Origin: Paraspadella gotoi
Lineage: Eukaryota > Animalia > Chaetognatha
Direction: 5' to 3'
NCBI GenBank assembly: GCA_051294375.1
Contig: JBJCIZ010000239.1
Coordinates: 2,741,476-2,805,475 of the forward strand
Length of the DNA stretch: 64,000 nt
Shown piece after piece: positions 12,562 to 25,397 of the stretch (its first letter is position 1; each line of letters starts with the position of its first letter). The translations under genes were made by a program, and so were the position numbers. Under the pieces are notes generated by a model that had not been told where the DNA came from, made no database searches, and saw nothing but the letters and a program-made list of their open reading frames with translations.

Positions 12562-14732
12562 ATGGAGGAGATTGTGTTCAGCGCCCCGGGAAAAGTGATA
12601 TTGCACGGGGAGCATGCCGTGGTTCACGGCAAGACCGCCCTCGCCGCCGCCCTCAATCTGAGAACCTTTGTACGACTCGTCGTGAAATCTGGTGAAGGCG
12701 TGAATGACGGGGACGGTGGTGAGGGAACGGGAGGCCCGGCGCCCGAGCTTCGCGTCAATCTCACAGATTTGGGTTTTACCTGCGGCTGGAGAATCGAGGA
12801 GCTCGAGAGGTCAGATATTTGTTTCACAGGTTATATCTTTCTCCTGTCCCAGTCAAAAAGTTATTCGGTTCTTTTTTTTTATTTCAGTGTACAAAAACCC
12901 TTATTTAAATTAGAAATTTAATTATCTTATCAGAGAGAATGAGAGAGAGAGAGAGAGAAAAGAAAAAACAAGAAAGAAATATTTCAACAAACAACAGATA
13001 TCGAATTACAATTTGAAACGATCTGGATAATGTTCTCCGTTAAAAAAAAAAAAAAAAACGCTCGTTCTTTCCCGCAGCCTCCTCCCTGCCTACAAAGTGG
13101 ATCGTAGACGGCCGACTAAGACTCCGAAGAAGAAGCAGAAAGACTCTGGTTTCGTCCCTCAAGAAGATGGGAACTTCAACTTTGCCAACGACCCTTCGAG
13201 CAACACACTCGCCTCCTTAGTCGATCTCATTTCCAAAAAAAGTAAAACCATTTTTTTTTTCTTTGAAAAGAAATTGGGTGAGATTTTTTTACAAGTTCTT
13301 TCGCGTTTTGACTATTTTAAGCGAGTGAACTGACGTCCAAGTCTGCGGTGGAAAGGGCCTTGCTCCCTTTACTCCATCTCTACCTCGGCATTTGCGGAAC
13401 GCACGCCCGTTACCGGTCTCAACGACTGACCGCCGGAAAAATTATCGTGGCCTCCAACGTGCCTGTCGGGGCTGGACTGGGCTCTTCGGCATCGTTTTGC
13501 ACGACCCTCGCCGCGACCTTCTTGAAGTGAGATCAGAAAAAGTAAAGCTATTAAGTATTAAGTTATTTTTAAGTTGTTAACTCTTAAAAAATCTTACTTT
13601 TAAACGTTCCAATATAATTAACGTTAGTAATAAAATTATCTCAGATACTGTGGCGTGACGGAAAAGAAAACCGTAAATAGTTGGGCTTTCGTGGGCGAAA
13701 AACTCATCCACGGTTCGCCGAGCGGAATCGACAACTCGGTGGCCACATTCGGTAAACTCATCCTTTTTCGCGACGGACGAATCACGACCCTCGACTTCGC
13801 CCCGAGTTTCAACGTCCTGCTCATCGACACTAAAGTCCCCAGATCCACTAAGGTTATTTTACTTTTCAGTTTCGTTTTTTTGTCTTGGCCTCTGGCCAGT
13901 GGCCACAAGCGCTGCTTCACTTCCCTCCCCGACATCAGGATCTGGTGGCCTCGGTTCGAAAACGTCTCTCGGCGACGCCATCGATCATCAATCCCATCTT
14001 CGACAGCATCGATGGCATCTCCCGCTCCAGCGAGCAGCTCCTTCGGGATTTGAGCAAAACGCAAGACGCGGAGACTCGGAGCGAGATCCACGAGAAAATG
14101 GGTCATCTTTTCGACACGAATCATTTTCTTCTCAATGCCTTGGGGGTCGGGCACGAAGCCTTGGACGAGGCTCGCTCCATCGCGAAAACTATAGGTGAAG
14201 AAAGGACACTTTTTATTTTTATTATTTTGTTTTTAAAACTAATTTTATTATGTTTTTAAGGGCTTTAAAATTGCATAGTTTTAAAAAAACAAAATGTTTA
14301 TCTTTTTAAATTATTCATTAAATTTATGGACAGAGACCAAAAAAAAGCGTCTAATTGCATCGCTTCTATTCGTGTTTAAAAAAAATATCCGACTCCCCCC
14401 CCCCATCTTTCCAAGGATGCCTTCCAACAAAACTAACCGGCGCGGGCGGCGGCGGCTGCGCCATCTCTCTCGTCTTCGAGGGCGCCGACGAAATTGTGAT
14501 CGACGCGGTCGTGGAGTCCTTAGAGCGGCGAAACTTTGCCTGTTGGCGGACGTCGGTCGGCGACGAAGGAGTCGTTAATCACTCAGATATCATCGACGAA
14601 CCCAGCGTCTTACTTCGTTCAATCATGAAAAACGCCTACGATTTTCCGCCCAAACTCTTTGCCGACGACGACGACGACGACGACGATAATCCCCACCACG
14701 ACGATATTCCCGCGCGCAACGGACACGTCTGA
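12562..14732 (+). CDS. MVK: Mevalonate kinase (GHMP family), multi-exon
   Basis: SAPGKVILHGEHAVVHGK, PVGAGLGSSAS, EKLIHGSPSGIDN, NHFLLNALGVGH, KLTGAGGGGC. Confidence 0.96.
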
Positions 14733-15212
14733 GTCTCTTGGCGGATCTCTTTGTTCGACTGACAAATTTTTTTTACCCTTTCTTTTTAGGTCATAATTTT
14801 TTTTATTTTTGACTGATATTGTTGTTAATTTATTTGGGTACTTTTTTTTTTTAACTGAACTGTGTTACAGGATGAAAAATAAGGTCATGACCCCGAACAA
14901 ATTGAAATTGATAATCAAAAAGTCCGAAACATGTTGGTTTCCTGAAAAAAAATAAGGGTAAGTAATTTTGAACCCCTACATTTTATAAATTTTTGACAAC
15001 TGCACAGGACTACCTATTTTTGATAGCTAATTCAAAGTCAGATTTTAAAACATTTAAAAGTAACAATTGATAAAAAAAATCCAAATAATAATAATAATAA
15101 TAATAATAATACAAGAAGGGGTTCTCAATTACTCATCTCGTCACAAGCAAAAAAAAAAAAGCTCCACCAGTAAAAAACCCGCTACTCCGTGAGTAGGGAA
15201 AGAATAAGAAAC

Positions 15213-18200
15213 ATGGCGGACGTGCGAACCGTCTCCTCCAACGGGAAGAGGGCCTTCGCTTCTCGCATTAACAAGCGGGGTCACGTAGCCGCGCGGCGAG
15301 AAGCCGCCTCGATGCATCTTCCCGATCATCATCCGGGATTCGGTCCAAGTTCCCCCGCCGGTCTCCTGCAGGTTCGCGACGAGAGAGAGCGAGTCGCCAG
15401 ATGAGAATCATGGGTCTAAAAACGTCCCCCACTCGTAACTAATTCTGCCCCCCCCCTCGCTGCGTCCACAGGGCATCAACCCGGCCCTCTACGGCGCTGG
15501 ACCGTCGGCGATGAGCCAGCCTTGCGTGATGGACGTGGTGGAGCCTCTCGACTTTGAGGAATACATGACGGCGCAGCAGACCATTCTCGATTGCGACCCC
15601 ATGAAGCAACTTCTCGAGTTTCCCGTCGACGACATCCTCGTCTCGCAGTTGCCGCCCAAGTGTCCCACCGTCAGCCCGATCCTCCCGGAAGAAGGGTGAG
15701 AGACTTCGTTAAAATAAATGGATTTCTTGTTCACATATTAGGCTTAATATTTTCCTTTCTAGGGCCGAATTGGATCCCCACGTTCGCGATTGCCTCAGAA
15801 CCTACACTTCAGATTATACGGTGGTGACTCGTCGATACCAAGCGCACTCGTCCGCGGTTTGCGTGCGGGATCATCAAATGGAAAGGAACCGGGTCATCCT
15901 CGAAACTCCTTTGCAGGTTTGGGTCGGTGCGGTCTAATTTGCAGGGTTTGTGAAAAGGCCTTTTCAAAATGGGCCTAATCGAATCAAATTTTAATGTTTT
16001 CTACTTAGGAATTCGCCGTTGACCTCGAATCTCCCGAAGACGTCGCCCGCCTGGAAAGTTCTACGGATCCAGATCCTCCTTCCTCGGGCCGACCTTCCAC
16101 CGGGTCAGTAGCCTCCAACGCCTCCACCCTCGTCCCGGATTCCGACGCCGCCGACTCCATTGACTCGTCCTTCACTCCGCGCGGGTCGTGGGCCTCCTCC
16201 ATCTTCGATCTGAAGACGACGGAGGCAGACCCGATCCTCGATCACGTCCTGGACAGATCGGTCTCGGGAGAAAAGCGGGATCAACTCAACGAGAACGAAA
16301 GGAGCGAGGAGAGACATCAAAGCATCTTTACTCTCTATCCCATGCAACGGGTATTTTTTTTTTTTTGTTTATGTTTTTTTTTTGTTTAAAAACAGAGAGA
16401 GAGAGAAGAGAGGAGGACGAGAGAGAGAGAGAGAGCGCGAGAATAGATCACGCGTTTTGATTTTTCCTTATCCAAACGAAAAGGATGACGAAATGGTTGA
16501 ACGGCGTCTTCCCGCTGATCCGCCTTCCACAGCCTCCGAGGGAACGACACTCCGCATCTTTCTCCAGTGCCTCCAACTCAAGCTCGGTTCGGCCGAGTTG
16601 CACGGCGAGCTCGAACCCATCTTCGCCTCGCTGGCGCTTTATGACGTTCATGCACGGAAAAAGGTTTGTGGTCTTAGCTTGAGTTTAAAGCAAGCTTTGA
16701 GACATGTAGTGGCCAATTCTTATTTCTTCAGGTTTCGGAAAACTTTTACTTCGATCTAAACAGCGATAACATTACCAAGATGCTGTCCAACCACATTCCC
16801 CACGTTTCTAAATCGTCGAATAGCAAGTACGTTTCTCGTTTTACAATTTTTCGCAAGTTTCTTGTTGATTCCCTTTTTTTTCCTCATCTCGGTCAGGTCG
16901 GCAATTTTGGAGTTGAGTTCCACCAACTCGGATCTCTGCCTGGTTCTCCGGCTGGAGAAAGTCCTGCAACAAGGCGACATCTCCGAGGTGCTCAAGCCTT
17001 ACACGGAGGACGACAAGAACCGAGAAAAAGTCAGGACCAATGCCGCTTCTTTCTGCGACCGGCTCGGCTGCTACAGAATGCCCATCGCATGGACGGGGAT
17101 CTACATTATGCAGTAAGATTTGTGGTGGGATTTCTGCTGTTTCGAAATTCACGTTTTTCACTTATTTTTTAAAATTTTTTTGTAGATACATCACTGGAGG
17201 CGGAACTTCGAGTCTAGAGAGCGAATCTCGTCGCGGCGGCGGAGACCACTCCTTCGACGATCAACCCCGAACCGGAAGTTTGGAACGCGGACTCTCTTCC
17301 TCCGCCTACAACTCTTTTAGACGCCGCGCGGGTCAAGCGGCCGGAACCGACACCGCCTCCGTCAGCAGTTTCCCCACCGACCCATTCGTGAGAGGATCTT
17401 TGGATCGAAAGTCTGGTGTGTTAACGCGTTTCACAACATTCCTCAATATAATTTAACAAATTCCCCCTTTTTTTGTTTAAAGGTCATTCCGAACGCGGAG
17501 GTCGTGCCAACTCCATGTGGGGAGGGTCCTCCCTGGGCCAAGACGCCGGGGATCTCAACCTGACGCAAGGAGCCTTTTCCCCGAGCGCCTTCGAAGACTT
17601 CCAACCGGTCAAGCTCACCGTCAATTCGTTCTTCAAACAAGAAAACGACCGAATGAACGACGACGACCTTTATCGCGCCCTCGCCGACCTCAAGCGGCCC
17701 AATGCGAGCTTGAAGCGGTTTAAGAGCATTCCCGGCACCTTCAGCCTGGAAATCTCCCCCGCGCCGGAGAACTATCCCGGTTCCCTCTCCCCCGAACTTT
17801 ACCCGATAGTCGTCCCCTCGCCCGTTCCGGAAACCTCGATTCCCACCAAGTGCCTCATGGAGTTTCCCGCGCATCCAGTATTTTCACTTCACAGCCATTA
17901 CAGGAATCTCCTCTACGTTTATCCCCTTAATCTTAACTTCGCCAACCGCGGGGGTCAGGCGCGCAACATCGCCATTAAAGGTCTTTTTATAATTGATGAA
18001 ATAATTATTTAACCTTAAATTTAGTGAGTTCTTAAATCTTATTTGCATATTGCACCATTTTGAATCATTTAACAAAAAAACGATGAGGAGGTTTCGTGCG
18101 TTTTACTTAAAAAAGGTAGTCATAACTCCGCTTTTTAACATTTTAATCCATTTGAAAACAAAAGTGTTGGTAAAATTTTACATTCCTCGCTCACTATGTT

Positions 18201-21200
18201 ATATACGAGTAGAAAAATAACCGACTGGTTACTAACCAGTGGTTAGGTTTCAAGCAGCGCCACTCAAATTAAGCCAATGTGGTATTAATGAGTTGTCGTT
18301 TTCTCTTCACTTTCACCCAACCCTTCCAGTGCAATTCATGGCGGGCGAAGATGATTCCTTCGCGATGCCCGTCATCTTCGGGAAGTCCTCGTCACCCGAG
18401 TTCCTCCAAGAGGCCTACACTTCCGTCACTTGGCACAACCGGAACCCGGATTTTTACGACGAGATCAAGATCCGACTGCCGGCGAAACTCGGTGATCAGC
18501 ACCACATCAAATTTACCTTTTACCACATCTCCTGCCAGAAAAAGGCGGACCAGGTTCGACTTAACCTTAAACCATTTATTGTTTATTTATTATAAAATGT
18601 TTAAATCTTAATCCTCAGCCGTCGTCGGTGGAAACCCCGATCGGTTGGACGTGGGTGCCGATGCTGACGAATAATCGGCTCACGACCGGAGAGTTGCACC
18701 TTCCCGTGACGCTGGAGAAACCGCCTGCCAACTATCACGTCCTCTCGCCGGAAGTGGAGTTGCCCGGCATCAAGTGGATCGACAACCACAAACCCCTCTT
18801 CAAATTGAGAATCAACGCCATGTCTTCCATTCACACGCAGGTTGGCGTTGTGGCCAAAAGTAAAAAACCAACAGCATTTTGGTGAAACTTGTTGTATTGC
18901 GATTTTACATTTTTCAGGATAAATCTCTGGACCATTTCCTTTTCCTTTCTGGTTGCGCGGAATCCGCCCGCCTTCCCCGCCACATCAACGACTGCGATAT
19001 GGAAGCGGAAATGAAAAAGTCGATCGTTCAACTCACGGGCGCCGGACCCGAACCGCTCGTCCACTTTCTCCCGCTCATCTTCGACAAGCTTCTGCTCTTG
19101 CTGGTCCGCCCTCCCTGCATCAACGGGCAGACGTTGATGCTTCAGACGGCCATTTTCGAGACGCTCGGCCGCCTCGTCCGCAAGTTGAAGGATCTGAAAG
19201 AAATAAAGGAATCGACGGACGCTCACGGACGCTGCTCCGTCATCACCTCGTACCTGCAGTACCGCGTGACGCTTCCGCGGGTGGAGACGCCGCCTTGCGC
19301 CAACGAAACGGCGATGACGACCTCGACGTCCATGACACCCATCGCCACCTTCACCGGCGTCTCCACCGGCGGCGGGTTCATACGACCCACTTCGCGTCCC
19401 TCCGTCACTTCCGCGATCGGCGAGACGCCTTCCGCTCATTTGTTCGGCAGGTCGAACAGCAATCCGGACATCATGCCGCCAACGTCGTCGTCGTCGCCTC
19501 CGGCTGGTATGATCACTTGAATACAATTTCACGGAAATATGAATATCAGTACAACTAGGTTTCCTTGTTATCTCCTTTCAGACGGTCCCACCCATAGTTC
19601 CGGATTCGACCGCCAGGGCAGCCTTCGCACCAGTCACGACCAGGTGACCATGACGACCAGAAAGAGCGTTCATGAGGAATTGGTGTTGCAATGGATCGTT
19701 GCCAGCGGCAGTAGCAAGGAGATGGCCTTGTCTCAAGCCAACTTTTTCTTCGAGCTCATGATCAAAAGCATGTCGTGCTATCTTCATCAAACAAATCGTC
19801 TCAACAGTCCTCAGCGGCAGGGGAGATTTCCTCAGCATTTTATGGATGATTTGAAGGTGAAGATCTTAATGACATTCTGTGATGGCCTAGCTTTTTTTTT
19901 ACTCATTTCACTTCCATTTTCTTTTCTTCGTCATAGAGTTTGATCGAGAACATGACCCGAGAAATCATGTATCGTCGCCATCATTGGGACGAGCATAAAG
20001 ACATCAATTCGGTGGAGCAAATGAACCACGCTTTGGCCTTTTTCATTTACGATCTTTTTTCCCTCGTGGATCGCGGATTCGTTTTTCGGCTCATCTCCAA
20101 ATATTGCGAGCAGATTTCTCTCAAGATATCTTCAGTGACTGAAAGAGAGATGGTGGCTTTTTTTTCTTTGAGGTGAGTCGTCGAGTTATTTTCCGATTGA
20201 TTAACTTTTTAATCGGCATTATTATCGATCCTTATCCGCAGATTGGACTTTCTCCGGATCGTTTGTAGCCACGAGCATTTCGTGGCTTTGAACTTGCCGT
20301 TTTTGATCGTGTCTAATCCCTCTGGCAAAGACAACAACAGTCCGACACCAAGCATCAACAGTTCTATATCCAACACTTCTTCTTTGACTTCCACTGGTAA
20401 AATACCCGATTCAAAATAGTGTATAAGAAAAAAAATTTTAATTTCATTGCCGCATTTTTTTAAAGGTACTATGGTGGAAAAAGGCCTTATGACGGAATTA
20501 TCTTACGATTTTTGTCAACAACACTTTCTCATTGGCCTCATACTGTCCGATTTGGATTCGGTACTTGGAATCAACAATCCCTTTTTACATTCCAAAGTAA
20601 CAGGATAAAAATATCGACTGCTTTACTTTTTTCTTTCACTAATCACTTAACAATTCTTTCCTTTTAGGCTGTCAATTTAATTCGCGGTCTCTTAACGTCA
20701 CACGACATGGACCCACGATATGCGTCTCCGGAATGTCGCGCAAGAGTCGCTGCCCTTTATCTTCCGCTTTTGGGAATCGTCATGGACGCTTTGCCTCAGC
20801 TGTTCGACCCTAATGCCGGTCAGTTTTTTTTTTCTTTCTATTCGTGAATAAAGTATTGCAGAAATATTTTTTTTTGTGGTTCGTTTTCAGACGATGTTAA
20901 TTCCGGAAGTGGCAGCAACGAAAGTAGCAGCGGCGGCGGCAGCGGCAGCCTTTACCGTCGCTCTTCGATTCACGAGAAAGGCACCGTCCGCATCAAAGCG
21001 ATGCCTCATCTCCTCGTCGGTTCCGGAGGCGACAATTTTGGCGAACCAATGAGCGGCGGTCTCGTTCGGGGTCAGCGTCCTCACTCCATGGACGCTGGGA
21101 CTCTGTTGAGCTCGAGCACCGAGGACGCCCTGGCTGAGGTTTCTCACTCTAGTCAACTCTACGGCGAACCGGGCGTCTCCGTTTCTTTGGATCCTTTTCA

Positions 21201-23299
21201 ACTTCAACCCCGACCGCAACCGTTGAACCAAGAAACGACTCGCCATCTAATGGCCTCCTTCCTTTGGGTCACGAAGAACAACGATCAAAACATTCTCCGC
21301 GTTTGGTGGAGCGAATTGCCGATCTCTCGGCTCAACCAGATGCTCGACGTTCTTTATCTCTGCCTCTCCAACTTCGAGTACAAAGGAAGCAAATTGATCG
21401 AGCGACGCTCGACGCTCGCCATGCGACGCTCCGTCGACATGCGTCACCGCCTCGAACTCGCGCTGCAGGGTGCCGGAAGCGCCAGGATGGAGCTCCTACG
21501 ACGCCGCGGAGCCGGATCGGGCTCCCCCGGCGCCGCCGCCGAGTCGGGCAACCGATTCGACAAGGACATGTGGTTTCAGTCCATCGACGCGGCGACCGAG
21601 AAAATGAGAACCCACGTTGTTCACGACTCTCACATCGAGGGAAATCTCACGACGGAGATCAACCTCATCGTCCTCGACACGTTGGAACACGTGATCCACG
21701 TGGCGCAGGTCATCGAGACGCACCAATCGCTCCTCTCCGCCGTCATGCGCATCATCCTCCACGCGCTGGCCATCAACCAAAGCACGCGCGCGCTGACCAG
21801 CTACTTCGCGACGCAACGGGCCCTCGTCTCCAAGTTTCCTCAGTTGCTGTTCGAGGAAGAGACCGATCAGTGCGCGGATTTGTGCCTGAGGCTTTTGGCT
21901 CATTGCGCCTCTCGAATCGCCGTCGTTCGAGCCAACGCCACGGCCTCTCTCTATTTGCTCATGAGACAAAATTTCGAGATCGGAAATAATTTCGCCCGAG
22001 TCAAGATGCAAGTGACGATGTCGTTGTCGTCGCTCGTCGGTCAGGATCAAAGATTCTCCGAGGCTTTTTTGAGGAGATCCTTGAAGACGATCTTGAGCTA
22101 CGCCGAGTCGGACGAGGAGTTGCACGACTCGACGTTTCCGGAACAAGTCAGAGACATGGCCTTCAATCTTCACATGATCCTTTCCGACACGGTCAAGATG
22201 AAAGAGTTTCAGGAAGATCCCGAGATGCTGCTGGACCTGATGTACCGCATCGCCAAGGGTTACCAGACTTCTCCCGATCTCCGCCTCACTTGGCTCCAGA
22301 ACATGGCGCAAAAGCACAACGAGCGCGGAAACCATGCCGAAGCTGCCATGTGCCTCGTCCACAGCGCCGCTCTGGTCGCAGAGTACCTCAACATGCTCGA
22401 GGATCAACCTTACCTTCCGGTCGGCTGCGTCGGATTTGAAGGCGTCTCTCCCAACGTCCTGGAGGAATCAGCCATCTCCGACGACGTCGTTTCCCCGGAC
22501 GAGGAGGGCATTTGCACGGGCAAGTTTTTCTCCACGTCGGGCATGGTCGGGCTCCTAGAAGCCGCCGCTAGCCATCTCTCTCAAGCCCACATGTGCGAAG
22601 TGGTCAACGAGGTCTACAAGATTCTCATTCCCATTCACGAAGCGAACCGCGACTACAAGAAGCTACAGCACGTGCACAACAAAGTGGCGATGGCCTTTGG
22701 CGAGATCGTGAAAAACGCGGGGAAGCGTTTCTTCGGTTCCTACTTTCGCGTCGGCTTTTACGGCGCCAACTTTAAAGATCTCGACGGCGAAGAGTTCGTC
22801 TACAAAGAGCCCGTATTCACCAAACTCGGCGACATCTCCAACCGGCTCGAGTCCTTCTACTCGGACCGATTCGGCGCCGACAACGTCGTCATCATCAAGG
22901 ACTCCCGCGTCCCGGAGAGGGAGGCTCTCGATCCCGAGAAAAACTACATCCAAGTCACTTACGTCGAACCTCACTTCGACGAATACGAGCGCAAGGATCG
23001 AGTGACCGAGTTCGAAAAAAACTATCGACTTCGCCGATTCGTCTACTCCACGCCCTTCACCGAAGGAGGGAAGCATCACGGAGAACTCGGGGAAAACTTT
23101 ATCCGCAAAACGATTCTGACGGTCGCCAACAGTTTTCCTTACGTCAAGACTCGGATCAACGTTGTCGAGAAAGAGTCAAACGAGTTGACGCCAATTGAGG
23201 TGGCGCTGGAGGACATTCAGAAGAAGATCTCTCAGCTGGTGAATGAGATCAACAGGGATCCTTGCGATACGAGGATGCTGCAGCTGGTCTTGCAGGTCG

Positions 23300-23355
<56 letters not shown>

Positions 23356-23893
23356 ACTTGATCGTATTATTTTCTTTCAAGGGTTGCATCGGAACTACTG
23401 TTAATCAAGGCCCCATGGAGATCGCCATGGTGTTCTTGTCTCCTGTCTCACGGGGCGATATTCCATCCACGATGCATCACACTCGTCTTCGTCTCGCCTT
23501 CAAAGAATTCTCTCGACGATGCAAGGAGGCGCTGCATAAGAACAAACAACTCACTGGTCAGAACCAAAGAGAGTTTCACAACGAGATGAACCGAAACTAC
23601 AAGTAATATTATTTTTATTTTATTGTTCCATTTTTGTTCGTTTTATTTTTATTTTTCGTCCGCTTTAAATATCGTCTTTTGTTTTCTGCAGCAAATTCGT
23701 GGAGAGACTAACTCCTCTGATCGCCAAAGAGGGCGCGCCGCTGGACGGGACGCTTCGTCGCAGTCCGAGGAAGCGTCACCTGCCGGCCATGGTTCATGCG
23801 CCGCTGCCGCAAGTGGCGTCTCTACCGGCGAACAATCAAGCTCCGACGTTTAGACAGAGTTCGCTCGTCATATCCGAACATCAAGATGTTTAA
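15213..23893 (+). CDS. DOCK7: Dedicator of cytokinesis DOCK-C subfamily GEF (DOCK6/7/8-like), many exons
   Basis: [33 protein letters not shown]2/DHR-1 ([30 protein letters not shown]), DHR-2 ([41 protein letters not shown]). Confidence 0.93.
23305..23352. repeat. (GA)n microsatellite in a DOCK intron
   Basis: Directly visible; similar tracts at about 16393-16436 and 49823-49855. Confidence 0.9.
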
Positions 23894-25397
23894 GATTTGA
23901 TTAGTCATATTTTGCTCAACGTGTGCCAAAGTCAAACTAAATCCAATGGATTGCTTCATCTATGGCTTTAGTTTTTTTTTTATCAATAACTAAGCCTCTT
24001 GCTATTTTTATTAGCCTAATTTATCTTTCTTTTCTGTCGTCATTGATAAATAAGCTATATCTAACCGTCGGCGAACGTTTTTGAAAAAAAAGACTAAATA
24101 TTATTTTATGAACATGTACCGAGCCATAGGACAGCTTTTGCTATCACCTCGATTTGTAGCTTTTACCAGATTTATTTCAAATTTTTTAGAACTTTTATAA
24201 TCTCATACTATTTATGTTGTATGATCGATTAAAGTGCCTGACTCGTCACTGATTTTTTTTTATTTTTTTAATAAACTTTATACAAATTTAAAGATAGCTT
24301 TCGTGATAGAGTAGATGTTGAAAAATTTTTAAATAGCTGCTATTAAGGTTTAGTGTGTAGTAATATCATCGACGCTGACTACAAAAACAACAACAAAAAC
24401 TACAACAAGACAAACGGCCAGATTCTCACGCGCAATCACAATCGATCCAACGCATTGAAGAAGAAGAAGAAGAAGAAGAAGAAGAAGAAGAAGAGTCGAG
24501 AAGCGTCGAGAAGAAGCACTAGTAGGAGGAGGATGAGGAGCTTGCTCCAGGATGAGGAGAGAGGAGCGAGTGAATTTAAAGGTGAAGGAAGAGAAACGAG
24601 ACATTCGACTTGTTCGATGTTGACAACATGTTGACCCTTATGGCTAAGTAGACAAAAAAGTTTGTAAGAATTTCGTCTTCTCTGAATCTTCTCTGAATCT
24701 TCTCTGAAATCTTTATAATTTAAGCAATCAAAAGATTTCATACCTTTCGCTAATGCATGTAATACATATTGTATTATGAGAAAGTGAAAAAAAATGACGG
24801 AATTCTTGAAAGGATGAAGGTTTAAGAAAGTGATAAGACTTGAAATAAGTGGATAATTAGTTTAAAAGTATGGAAAGTGTGGTAAATCACAACGCTCTCT
24901 ATTCCCGATATCTGAAGATTTTCTTTTTCCCCTGGACGATCTCAGCTTTTTGTTTTGAATTTAACACATCGACTGAAGGTGTCGCTGCGACACCCTATTT
25001 CGCATAATATCCACATAAATATGCGTACATGACAAGTCAGTTCCCGTTCAAAGTCCCTCGAATGAATCTTTACTCTTCATTATAAATCAAAGATGTTTTA
25101 ACAACTATCCCTCGGCCTCTCTCGCCGATTTGTCAAGCTCATAAATTGCAACAAGCTGTTTCCTAAATAAGTCCTTTCTTCCTCACCAGCTGTTCGCTCT
25201 TGGATCTTAGTCTGCATCTCTATTCACGCTTCGCCATCTTATTATCTGGAAAGGTCACCTTCTTGGTTGCAACTGAAGGAGACATATGTTGCTCCATTTT
25301 CTCTCATTTCCATCTCGTTCATTCCTTCAAACTCCCCGACATTTTTTTTTTCGGCCATTTTTTTTTATTCCCCACTTGGATATAATTCAATGTGGCG

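Noticed and set aside
21496-22407. Long antisense and alternate-frame ORFs over DOCK7 and other exons
   Set aside because: Shadow ORFs expected from GC-rich codon usage; no independent motifs.
24353-24634. 93-aa poly-Lys ORF between DOCK7 and tafazzin
   Set aside because: It derives from (AAG)n and (AAC)n microsatellites, has a GTG start and shows no family motif.
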